Origin: Ostreococcus lucimarinus
Lineage: Eukaryota
Direction: 5' to 3' (one strand)
Assembly: GCA_000092065.1 (NCBI GenBank)
Contig: CP000581.1
DNA: 64,000 nucleotides
The notes beneath the pieces are model-generated. The model did not search any database, was not told the DNA's origin, and worked only from the letters and a program-made list of their open reading frames with translations. Within the stretch, counting starts at the first letter, position 1; every line of letters begins with the position of its first letter. The position numbers and the translations under genes were made by a program. Below, one piece after another: positions 29,392 to 38,107 of this stretch.

Positions 29392-31299
29392 ATGACGCAG
29401 AACGACGCCGTCGACGCGCTCGTGACGGACCCACTGGGATTCATCCAGCGCGCGTTCGCTCGATCGACGACGACGACGACGACGAAGCCGACCGATGAGG
29501 ATTGGGGCGTGCGCGAGACCGCGCTTGAACTCACACGATGCGAGGAAAAGTTCAACGCGCTGCCGGAGATTAACGCGCACGGCGGGGTGGAGACGATTCA
29601 AAACAACGCCCTGGTTCGGTTTCGCGGCTTGGTGCAGGACATGTACGAGCCGGAGTACTACGTCGGGGCGTATGAACGCGCGAATGGGGACGAGAAGACG
29701 TGGGTGACGACGAAATATGCGGAATCAACGATGGATGACGTGAACGGAGGGATCGGAGAGAGCGTACTGTTCGAGAGACGCGTGCTGTATTGCGTGCCGG
29801 TGCCGGGCGAACGGCGGTGGGTGGGCGAACGCGAGCGGGCGACGATGAACGAGCGGGCGGCTAGTGAAGATGCACACGGGGAGAAGCGAGCGCGAGAGGA
29901 GGAAGCACATATGGACGTGTGTGCGGATGCGAACGTGATGACGCCGACGACGGGGACGGCGATGTTGATTAGACCGGACATTGAACGCGTGAAAAAGGCG
30001 AGCGCGGGGGATCGCACGGCGCCGGATACTCCGGAACAGATTGGTGAAGAAGAGGTCCACGAGGAATCGCTCGATCAGTTGCTAAACTTTCCTCTTATTC
30101 CTGAGTCGCGTTCGCCGTGCATTGTGAAGTTGTACGGCGAAACGGACGACTCACTGAAGTTGAACGACGTCGTAGAATTTGTCGGCATGCTGTACTATGC
30201 GCCAGAACTCGGAGTCGAGAAACGGGATCAGCAGATGGAAGACAGCCCGAACGCCGCTTTGTACGCGTCATCGGCGTTTCCCGAGGAAGATGCGTCCAAG
30301 AATCCGGTGACGAGTTTGGTTCCTAGATTCCACGCCTTGGCGTACAAGGTGACGTCCCAGAATAAATTTGTCAACTCGACGCCGGTGGAACGCTTCAGTG
30401 AAACCGAAATGGAAACTTCGCACAAGCTCTCGCCAGAGCAGGTTAATTCGGCGCGCTCTAAATTACTGGATATCCTTACTAACGTCCTCGGTGGTGATGT
30501 TTTTGCAGCGGAGTTGGTGTTGATGACGTTGATTTCGCGCGTCCACACGCGAACGGACATGCTCACATTGGGTAAGTTTTCTGTCAACCTCACCGGATGT
30601 AAATTGGATTCGTGCGAAACGGGAACGATATCTGAAATGCTGTCTACTGTGATCGGTCAGGTGTGCCCGAGCACTGCACACCTTCCCGTGACAGTACCCG
30701 CGCTTAACGCACGCTCGTGGTCGCCGAAGAAGGATTACGTGTACAACCGTCTTCGCTCTGGTCCGTTGCAACTTGCCGCGAGCACAGTTTTGCTATTGGA
30801 CGAGACCAAACTGGAGGCCGGTACTTTGACTGAGATTGGCATTCGAAACGTCGATGCGCTGAAGTCGCTGTCTACGTTGCAAGATCTCGAGTACGATTTT
30901 CAGTATCATCAGATGCGAATGCCCGTGGACGTTCCGCTCATCATCTTGTCCGACACGAAGAGCATCATTCCGGCGGACGTTATCGTACCTTTGCGACGCG
31001 TGCGTCAGCCGAAAGTCATCGAAACCACCGAAGATGAACTTGCAATCATGCGTGCCTTCGTCTCCGGAGCTCGCATGACTAAGCACACGATCTCTGAACA
31101 AACATCTGCGGACATCGAAACCGAAATCGTCGCCGCTCGCAAAAACGACAAGGCGTTGACGCAAGAAGTTTTACATTTGCTGCTCACCATGGCGCGTCTC
31201 CACGCCCTCGCCCTCGGAGGTTCAGAAGTCACGAAGCAGACGTGGATCGAAACCGTCGAAATCAATCGCCGTGTCGCCGAACGGAATCGCGTCGTTTAG
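29392..31299 (+). CDS. MCMBP: MCM-binding protein (MCMBP)
   Basis: DPLGFIQRAFA, FRGLVQDMYEPEYYVGAYE, YCVPVPGE, LGKFSVNLTGC and DYDFQYHQMRMP parallel human MCMBP HPLGIVQGFFA, FRCMIQDMFDPEFYMGVYE, YCVPVPGE, LGKFTVNLSGC and DYDFSYHQMEFP. ATG at 29392. Confidence 0.85.
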   Translation: MTQNDAVDALVTDPLGFIQRAFARSTTTTTTKPTDEDWGVRETALELTRCEEKFNALPEINAHGGVETIQNNALVRFRGLVQDMYEPEYYVGAYERANGDEKTWVTTKYAESTMDDVNGGIGESVLFERRVLYCVPVPGERRWVGERERATMNERAASEDAHGEKRAREEEAHMDVCADANVMTPTTGTAMLIRPDIERVKKASAGDRTAPDTPEQIGEEEVHEESLDQLLNFPLIPESRSPCIVKLYGETDDSLKLNDVVEFVGMLYYAPELGVEKRDQQMEDSPNAALYASSAFPEEDASKNPVTSLVPRFHALAYKVTSQNKFVNSTPVERFSETEMETSHKLSPEQVNSARSKLLDILTNVLGGDVFAAELVLMTLISRVHTRTDMLTLGKFSVNLTGCKLDSCETGTISEMLSTVIGQVCPSTAHLPVTVPALNARSWSPKKDYVYNRLRSGPLQLAASTVLLLDETKLEAGTLTEIGIRNVDALKSLSTLQDLEYDFQYHQMRMPVDVPLIILSDTKSIIPADVIVPLRRVRQPKVIETTEDELAIMRAFVSGARMTKHTISEQTSADIETEIVAARKNDKALTQEVLHLLLTMARLHALALGGSEVTKQTWIETVEINRRVAERNRVV

Positions 31300-31388
31300 C
31301 AGGTTGTCAACGTTGTCGCTTCCCCACGACCGTCATTGTCCCGCGCGTGTGCGCCCGTCTCGCGCGTGTTGAACGCACCGACGCACGC

Positions 31389-31967
31389 ATGACGTCTTCA
31401 CACCTTCGTCGCGCCATCTCGCGTCTCGCGCTCCGCGTCTCGTCCTCTATCGTCGTCGCGCGCGCGGCGACAACGCGCGACGTCTTGCACACGTCGTGTG
31501 CCACGTGGACGCCGCGACACGACCGCGTGTGGCGCTCGACGCGCCCGTTCGCGTCCGACGTCGATCGACCGGCATCGTCTGTGACGGCAGAGGAACCGAA
31601 AGACGTCGAAGACGCCTCACCATCGACGCCGAACGCGAGAAAAGATTTATACATGATGTTCACGTGCGGGCGGTGCGACGCGCGCGCTGCGAGAGGATTC
31701 AGTCGCCAAGCGTACGAAAACGGCGTCGTCATCGTGACTTGCCCGGGATGTCAAGCGAAACACGTCGTCGCCGATCGAATGGGATGGTTCGGCGAGCCGG
31801 GGAGCGTGGAGGATTTCATCGCGCAAAAGGCGGACGCGGAGGATGGCGAAGGCGGCGTCGCGCGCGGATCGATGAAACTCGTCGAAGGCGAAGATGGGAC
31901 GTTAGAGATAGATAAGAGTGAGCTCGAAGAGTGGTTGAAGAAGTTCACCGCGAGTAAAGGCGCGTAG
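31389..31967 (+). CDS. DNLZ: DNL-type zinc-finger protein (Hep1/Zim17/Tim15-like mtHsp70 escort) with a mitochondrial-type presequence
   Basis: MMFTCGRCDARAARGFSRQAYENGVVIVTCPGCQAKHVVADRMGWFG (C-x2-C...C-x2-C with DNL). N-terminal MTSSHLRRAISRLALRVSS presequence. It starts 90 nt after the MCMBP stop. Confidence 0.75.
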   Translation: MTSSHLRRAISRLALRVSSSIVVARAATTRDVLHTSCATWTPRHDRVWRSTRPFASDVDRPASSVTAEEPKDVEDASPSTPNARKDLYMMFTCGRCDARAARGFSRQAYENGVVIVTCPGCQAKHVVADRMGWFGEPGSVEDFIAQKADAEDGEGGVARGSMKLVEGEDGTLEIDKSELEEWLKKFTASKGA

Positions 31968-32057
31968 TCCGCGTTCGATTGTAATCATAGCTTTAGACGA
32001 GACAGACGCCGGAGTCCCGTCCCGGTCGCCACCTCACTTCGCCGCGGCCGAGCAACG

Positions 32058-33131
32058 ATGTCGTCCGATCCCGCGTGCTCGGTCGCTCGCATCGAGCTCG
32101 AACCTAAATGGCTCACTTTACAGCGCGACCACAACGAGCGCGTCGAGCGCGAGCGCGCAGCCGCGCGCGCCGATGTTTCGACAACCAACTTTGAGAGAAG
32201 CCACTACGCGGCGTTTTTCGACGCGCTCGCGTTCGAAGTCGCGCCGGAAGACGAGTGGACGGCGCGCGAGCGCATACTCGAAGCCTTTCGCGACGCGCAC
32301 GTCGACGGCAACGTCGAGCGCGACGCGTTCATGAGCGAACTCGGCGAACACTTGGTGTCGAAATTCGGGACAAAGGCGCTGCGACGCCGCAAGGACAACC
32401 TCAACATAACGAGCGCGCGAGTCCCGAGCGAAAAGGTGAATCTTAGGGTGAATAAAAAGCTAGCCAAGGCGAAACGGATGAAGGGGCGACAGCTCGATCC
32501 CAACAGAAGTCGGAAAATTGTCGCCTCAAAGGCGGAAGACGCGATATCGTCGAGATATATGACGGAGTTTTTGCAGCTGCACTGCGCGACGGAGTTGGTT
32601 GAGAGCCGAGTGTTCCCGGACGCAAAGGAGTTGACGGAGAGTTTCTCGGCGTTCAACGCGTGGCGTACGCATCTGAGCGATGATTTTAGTGCAGATGATC
32701 CCAACATCACGCTCGTGTCCGTGGGAGATGGTCACACGCCGCGAACCGCAGCCTTGTTTGCGTTTCGTACGCGCTGGAATTGCGTCGCGGTGGATCCGGA
32801 GATGGGCTTCGCGAAGGACTCCAAAGCGTCGTACGACATCGATCGTTTGCAGCATCACTGCGCAAAAATCGAAGAGATGCGCATCAAAACTAAACGGTGT
32901 ATCATCGTCATGGTGCACGCGCACGTGTCTTTAGCGACGACATTGCGTTCAATCCAGGCTGAAGACGGCACCGCCGCGTGCATCGCGTTGCCCTGTTGCA
33001 ACTACTATTCCGCAATAGACGCCCCGAATCGAGCGGTGCCAGAGTATGAGGACATGTCCGTCATCTCCCCACATCGCACCGTGCGAGTCTGGAAAGCGCT
33101 TCCGTGCGGTACAAGCGAGTCGCCCCAATAG
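32058..33131 (+). CDS. Hypothetical protein (357 aa) with a possible Rossmann/class-I methyltransferase-like C-terminal half
   Basis: ITLVSVGDGHTPRTAALFAF...CVAVDPEM...CIIVMVHAHV is a weak G-x-G / acidic-loop pattern. No confident family. Confidence 0.4.
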   Translation: MSSDPACSVARIELEPKWLTLQRDHNERVERERAAARADVSTTNFERSHYAAFFDALAFEVAPEDEWTARERILEAFRDAHVDGNVERDAFMSELGEHLVSKFGTKALRRRKDNLNITSARVPSEKVNLRVNKKLAKAKRMKGRQLDPNRSRKIVASKAEDAISSRYMTEFLQLHCATELVESRVFPDAKELTESFSAFNAWRTHLSDDFSADDPNITLVSVGDGHTPRTAALFAFRTRWNCVAVDPEMGFAKDSKASYDIDRLQHHCAKIEEMRIKTKRCIIVMVHAHVSLATTLRSIQAEDGTAACIALPCCNYYSAIDAPNRAVPEYEDMSVISPHRTVRVWKALPCGTSESPQ

Positions 33132-33245
33132 GAGTAGGTGTAGCCTAGCTGTAGCTGTAGCTCCGTCGCCGACAAATGTCCGACCGATCGACAGAGACCG
33201 ACGCGCGTCCGCAGCCGACACTGCGCGCGCCCACGCGACGCGAGA

Positions 33246-34799
33246 ATGAGTGACAAAGACGCGCAAAGCATCTCTCGCGGCGAGCGCTCGAATTTGCTCG
33301 CGCGCAACGCCGCGAACGGCGTCGTTGAGGGTGTTGCGAGCATTGGGTGTTGCGAGCGCAACGCCGCGAACGGCGTCGTTGAGGGTGTTGCGATCCTGGA
33401 CGAAGAGCGCGGTGAGACCGACGTGAGCGAGCGATCCCGAGCGAGAACGTCGACGTCGCGAGGATGTCTCGCGAGTGTTGCGCTGATGGCGTGTGCGGTC
33501 GGCGCGGGGATGGCGGTCGCGTCGCGCGGGGGGGTCGACGACGCGAGGACGAGCGCACGAGCTCGCGGCGGTGGGAAATCGACGCTCGGGATCAGTGGAG
33601 CGACGGGAGTGCGGACGTATATCATAGCAGATACGTCGCCCGGAGACGAGATGGAGAGATCTAGGAAAGGACGCGATTACGTGTTCAACCTGTTCAAAAC
33701 GCACGGTGGTTTGAGCGACGCCGAAGCGCGCAATACTGTGGAAATCTCGAGTGCGACGTTTCCTTCGCTTTGGCCGGATACCTTCGAGACAGCGCGAAGC
33801 GCGACGCACGATGTACTAGCGGGAGCCCTTGCTGCTTCAGAAGCGAACGTTCCAACCAGTGAGTTGCCGTATCCCATCAGACAGGTTCACGAATCGCAGC
33901 TCAATCCACAGCACCGTTGCGTCGGCGAAAAATGCGTATTCCCGCATAACCACCACCTTGGATGTCTTCTATCTCACATGTCTGTGTGGAAGAAAGCTAT
34001 TTCGCGAGGTGAGGATCGGTTTGCCGTGTGGGAGCAAGATGGTATGGGGTTCGCTTCCGTGAGCCCGCTTGACTACACAGAGCTCGGACGCCAGCTTCCT
34101 CGCGACGCAGATATGGTCTGGCTCCTAAACCCTGGAAGAAGCACCGGTCAATTCGTGAAAAAGTTCCGCTCAAGGGCGTTTGGCACGTGGGGGAAAGGTA
34201 CCCGGGGTCTCGTAAAGACAGACTGGTCGCCCGAATCGATGCACACGGCGATGAATTCAACGCACGTTTATTTGTACAAGTGGAACAAAATGTGCTCGTG
34301 GGCAGGAACGGCAGCTCTCATGTTCACCAAGCAAGGCGTCGAGAAACTTCTTCGGTACAGTACCGAACACAGTCTCGACATGATCGATGCTTTCCTCATG
34401 GGCGGATGCATTAAATCGGGAAAGACGAGTCGTCTTTCCTTGAACTGTTATCACGCGTCGAGCGTGCCAACCAAGAAAGAGCTCCTGGGTGGAATCGTGC
34501 CCGATTGGTACACTGACGAAACCGTGGGCGATCGAGCACTTCCTCAAGAGCAGGTTGACGCCATGGATCGGGATGACGCCAAGTTCAACTCGCTTGGTTG
34601 TCAGCGCGGCGGCGACGAGTTCAAGTCAAAATCTGCCTGGATTCCCACGTCCTGGGCTGGAGACGACTCCGTGGATTCGTGCGTTCCCTCCTGGAACGCC
34701 CCGGTGGACGTGTGCGATGCATCCGTGAAGTATCCACTCGATGGACACAAGTACTCACACCTCGGCAGCGCGATGTTGCGTACAAAGCCCGAGCGTTAG
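33246..34799 (+). CDS. Glycosyltransferase family 25 (COLGALT / LPS-beta-1,4-galactosyltransferase-like) with an N-terminal membrane anchor
   Basis: HHLGCLLSHMSVWKKAISRGEDRFAVWEQD...AALMFTKQGVEKLL...DMIDAFLMGG follows the GT25 pattern (GCxLSHxxxW, FEDD, AY.IS..GA.KLL....PVD). Hydrophobic segment CLASVALMACAVGAGMAVA. Confidence 0.7.
   Translation: MSDKDAQSISRGERSNLLARNAANGVVEGVASIGCCERNAANGVVEGVAILDEERGETDVSERSRARTSTSRGCLASVALMACAVGAGMAVASRGGVDDARTSARARGGGKSTLGISGATGVRTYIIADTSPGDEMERSRKGRDYVFNLFKTHGGLSDAEARNTVEISSATFPSLWPDTFETARSATHDVLAGALAASEANVPTSELPYPIRQVHESQLNPQHRCVGEKCVFPHNHHLGCLLSHMSVWKKAISRGEDRFAVWEQDGMGFASVSPLDYTELGRQLPRDADMVWLLNPGRSTGQFVKKFRSRAFGTWGKGTRGLVKTDWSPESMHTAMNSTHVYLYKWNKMCSWAGTAALMFTKQGVEKLLRYSTEHSLDMIDAFLMGGCIKSGKTSRLSLNCYHASSVPTKKELLGGIVPDWYTDETVGDRALPQEQVDAMDRDDAKFNSLGCQRGGDEFKSKSAWIPTSWAGDDSVDSCVPSWNAPVDVCDASVKYPLDGHKYSHLGSAMLRTKPER
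33303..33393 (+). repeat. Perfect 37-bp direct duplication with a 17-nt spacer inside the GT25 CDS, encoding RNAANGVVEGVA twice
   Basis: cgcaacgccgcgaacggcgtcgttgagggtgttgcga at 33303-33339 and again at 33357-33393. Confidence 0.9.
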
Positions 34800-34904
34800 C
34801 GACGCTTGTAAAGAAACAGCCACACCAACGTGTTCTTCTCGCCAGGACTCTACGACACAGTCGCATTCGCGCGCGCGCGACGCGACGCCGCGTCGTCCGT
34901 CGCG

Positions 34905-35291
34905 ATGGAAGATCTCCAGAAGAACATCGTGAAAATTCAGGACGACCTCGACCTCAAGGTGTTTCGCCCGTTGCAGAAGCGCGCGTTCGACGCTTCGTCC
35001 AAGTGCTGCGACGGGGACAAATCGAGGGAAAGCTTTCAGGCGTGTCTCGAACGCGCGGGACAGGCGACATCGCAGGCGGAGCACGCGGTGATGCAGACGC
35101 TCGGACAGTTTCAGCAACGCGTGCAGCGGTGCGTGGTGCAGTGTCAAGATAAGGCGCAATCTATCGTGGAGGCGAAAGGGGTCGAGAAGGCGCAGGCGCA
35201 GATGGAGAGTTGCGCGAACGACTGCGGCAAGTTCTACGTGAAAGAATTGAATTCAATCGGGGCGAAGTTGATGAAGGAGCACAAACCGTAG
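34905..35291 (+). CDS. FAM136A: FAM136A-like protein (DUF842)
   Basis: CCDGDKSRESFQACLERAGQATSQAEHAVMQTLGQFQQRVQRCVVQCQDKAQ...ESCANDCGKFYVKEL is close to human FAM136A [54 protein letters not shown]. ATG at 34905. Confidence 0.65.
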   Translation: MEDLQKNIVKIQDDLDLKVFRPLQKRAFDASSKCCDGDKSRESFQACLERAGQATSQAEHAVMQTLGQFQQRVQRCVVQCQDKAQSIVEAKGVEKAQAQMESCANDCGKFYVKELNSIGAKLMKEHKP

Positions 35292-35362
35292 TGCAAAAAA
35301 AAGAAGCTTAATTTACTAGAGTGTTGTTACTAAAGACTAAATCTATAGCGCCATCTGATGCG

Positions 35363-37123
35363 TTACGACGTCTTCTTCGAGCTCTCGCTCGCACGAAAAG
35401 CTTCTCTGCGACGAAGCTGGAAGTGACGCATCTCACGCATGAAGCCTAACATTAGCGGGAAAATCGTCGGCAATATGATTGGCATCACTGATGCGACTTT
35501 GTACTCGAACGGAAAAGACTCGAGACCGCCGAGAGAGAATGGATCGAAGAACGCTCTCTCCGCCGCCGCGTGCGCCGAGCGCGCGCTCGCGCCGGCTTCG
35601 TCGTACCGTGCGTTCTGCGCCAAATCAATCGCTCGTTCGAGTGCTTCAACCGACTCCAGTATTCTTTCAGCGATAGCGTCCGGAACAGCGATGTCCGCTA
35701 TGCTCGAGATGACCTCGTCAAGCGATTTCAAAGTAGAAATCGTCGATTGCGAATCGGCAACCAATCGCGAATGCACAAGCGCATCGACCTCCCACGTCGC
35801 GAAACCGGTGTGCTTAGGCGGTAAAACCTTTGCTCCGAATTTTTGCAGAAATTCGCCCGCGCCTAAATGAATCCTAAGCTGGCGCACGAAAGCGTTCACG
35901 ACGTTTACAACTTCGTCGTTTCGCAGTCTGATTTCGTTTTCGCCGCGAGCCACCGCACATCCTGGAGGATTGACGACCACGAGCCCACCCCAACCTTCGA
36001 CGATAAACGCATTTGTCGCCGTTAATTCATGATTATCATCCAACACATACAGTGGACACTCGGTTTGAGGCGGTACGTACACCACAAAGTGCAACGGTTT
36101 CCCGTCGATGGGCGTGTACGTCACGGACGTGTCGATCGGCCAGTCTGAATCTATGAAGAATGGTGTCTGCTTCGAGTCAACCACGTATCCCCTGTGTTTG
36201 TCCGACCACATCGGTCGCACCCGACTGCGTGCGTGTCGCAACACTTGTGCCTCGATCCGCACCTCTAATACGCGACTCAACGCTTCCGGGAGCGCGCCGA
36301 GAAACGGTTGCTCGACGTCGCGTTGAAAATCCCATGAAAACGCGTACCCAGGCGTCGGCTCCGCGTTCACCAGACTAAACGATGCGAGCAAGATACCGTC
36401 CGATGTCGTGAGAAACGGTGACGCGCTGGGTGTCGTTTCATCGGCAGGTGCGAATAGCGCGCGAAGTCGTTCCTCCAGTTCATCCGCGAGGAGACGCTCG
36501 TCGTCGAATCGCATCCATGCCGCTCGGTGCGTCCCGACGACAAATTTCCCACGCTCTTCATCGTTTTCACCGCGACGATCGCGCACGACGACGAAGTCGT
36601 ACACCGTCGCGTTCTCGTCCGCGAGCGCGCGCGTCCGCGCGTCGACGTCTTCGTCCGACGCCGCCGCGAGCGCGTCCATCCATCCCTCGCCTCGCCTCGG
36701 CGTCGCCGCCTCGATCGTCACCCAACGCGCGACGTCCTCTAATCCTCGCCTTCGCGCCACCTCTCGCACGATGTTTTCTCCTCCCTCCGCGTCGATCCAC
36801 ACTCGCGCTCGCGCCCGTCGCGTCGACGTCGCTCGCGCCGCGCGCGTCGCCGCGTCCTCGTGATCCACCCTCGCCGTCCTCGCTCTCGTCGGCGCCGTCA
36901 CCGCGCGCGCCGCCATCGCGAGCGCGACGCCGAGCGTCGTCAGCGCGTGCGCGAGCATCGCCAACCGTTTCCCGCGCGGCGTCGCGCCTCCCTTTGCGAA
37001 TCTCGCGCGCTCGGCGTCGTCTCTCGGCGCGTGCGCGCGCGCGCGACGCGCCTCCCTCGCCGCGCGCGCGACGACGACGACGACGACGACGACGAGCGCC
37101 GCGCGATCGCTCGACGCCGACAT
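35363..37123 (-). CDS. PIGS: GPI transamidase component PIG-S
   Basis: Aligns with human PIGS over most of its length, for example NAFIVEGWGGLVVVN vs NAFHSPRWGGIMVYN and AFFDPFSLGGLESFPFEYKVASVMPIILP vs [28 protein letters not shown]. There are N- and C-terminal TM helices. Start chosen at ATG 37123-37121 (MSASSD...GKRLAMLAHALTTLG, compared with human ARGKRAALFFAAV). Confidence 0.8.
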   Translation of the reverse strand: MSASSDRAALVVVVVVVVARAAREARRARAHAPRDDAERARFAKGGATPRGKRLAMLAHALTTLGVALAMAARAVTAPTRARTARVDHEDAATRAARATSTRRARARVWIDAEGGENIVREVARRRGLEDVARWVTIEAATPRRGEGWMDALAAASDEDVDARTRALADENATVYDFVVVRDRRGENDEERGKFVVGTHRAAWMRFDDERLLADELEERLRALFAPADETTPSASPFLTTSDGILLASFSLVNAEPTPGYAFSWDFQRDVEQPFLGALPEALSRVLEVRIEAQVLRHARSRVRPMWSDKHRGYVVDSKQTPFFIDSDWPIDTSVTYTPIDGKPLHFVVYVPPQTECPLYVLDDNHELTATNAFIVEGWGGLVVVNPPGCAVARGENEIRLRNDEVVNVVNAFVRQLRIHLGAGEFLQKFGAKVLPPKHTGFATWEVDALVHSRLVADSQSTISTLKSLDEVISSIADIAVPDAIAERILESVEALERAIDLAQNARYDEAGASARSAHAAAERAFFDPFSLGGLESFPFEYKVASVMPIILPTIFPLMLGFMREMRHFQLRRREAFRASESSKKTS

Positions 37124-37507
37124 CGCGCGCGTCGCGCGCGCGCGCCGCTCTGACGCCGGACGACGCACGTCGACGAGGACGCGAGACGGCGACGCGCGCG
37201 CACGCGAACGATGGACGAGGACGACGCGACGACGCGGGAAGAGGAAGACGAGACGACGAGGCGCGCCGACGAGGCGACGCGCGAGACGCGCTGGGGGGGA
37301 GCGTTCGTGTGCTTCGTGGGGGCGAAACAACGAGGGAGCGCGTCGTCGTCGTCGCGCGGCGGGGCGGCGACGGGAGGACGGTGTCGACGACGGTCGGCGC
37401 TCGTGGCGCTGGAGGAACTCGGGTGCGAGATGAAGCGAGATTTCGGCGCGGCTGGGTTCTTGGCGGCGGCGCGGGAGGCGAACGTGCACGAGTGCGAGGA
37501 CAGCGGG
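37124..37507. promoter_or_regulatory. Divergent promoter between PIGS (-) and a DUF3700 gene (+). It contains a (GAC)n tract at 37070-37095 just inside the PIGS N-terminus.
   Basis: Head-to-head arrangement; very GC-rich. Confidence 0.35.
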
Positions 37508-38029
37508 ATGCTGGCCGTGTTCGTGGGGGAGTTGGAGAATTTGGAGGAAATGGCGCGAGATTGTGATTTGCCGAGCGACGCGAACCCGGCGCACGTGGTG
37601 ACGCAATTGCGGTCTACGTACGGAACGCACTTTCTGGATGAACTCAAGGGGAGTTGGGCGTTCGCCATGGTGCATCCGCAGCGAGAAGCGGTGTTCGCGG
37701 CGGTCGATCGCGACGGTACGCACACGATTTACCGTGGACGAGGGTGTGAGGGCGGGGTGATCATCATGTACGCCCCGCGAGGGTCGAGTTTTAACCCGCG
37801 ACAGTGCGCCGCGCTAGATGTATTTGAGCTCACAAAGGTGCCCGCGGGGAGCTTCATCAGCGGCAACAAACACATCTCACCGCATCGATACGTGATGACG
37901 AAGAGCGATCAAGATTTGGCCGATACGTGTAATACGTTCGACGACATTCAATACGGTGGCGGCGATGGCACCGGACTGAACGATTTTTCAAAGTTGAAGG
38001 CGTCTCTCGAAACGCCTTCAGCGGATTGA
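37508..38029 (+). CDS. DUF3700 / 'aluminium-induced protein'-like (asparagine-synthetase-N-terminal-like Ntn fold, non-catalytic)
   Basis: MLAVFVGELENLEEM...KGSWAFAMVHPQREAVFAAVDRDGTHTIYRG...IIMYAPRGS...VPAGSFISGNKHISPH parallels Arabidopsis AILP1 MLAIFHKAF...EGSFAFVVYD...SVVMSDD...FPNGCMFHSE. An in-frame ATG at 37430 is an alternative start. Confidence 0.55.
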   Translation: MLAVFVGELENLEEMARDCDLPSDANPAHVVTQLRSTYGTHFLDELKGSWAFAMVHPQREAVFAAVDRDGTHTIYRGRGCEGGVIIMYAPRGSSFNPRQCAALDVFELTKVPAGSFISGNKHISPHRYVMTKSDQDLADTCNTFDDIQYGGGDGTGLNDFSKLKASLETPSAD

Positions 38030-38107
38030 TTCTTTTGTAATACCGAGCAGCGGCGCTGAGAAACAAACAAACAATCATCTAAATGACAAAAAATAATCTA
38101 CCACGAA

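Noticed and set aside
36418-37566. 382-aa plus-strand Arg/Ser/Pro-rich ORF across the PIGS 5' end and promoter
   Set aside because: Extreme low complexity (RRRRR, SPSPS). It overlaps the real PIGS CDS on the other strand.
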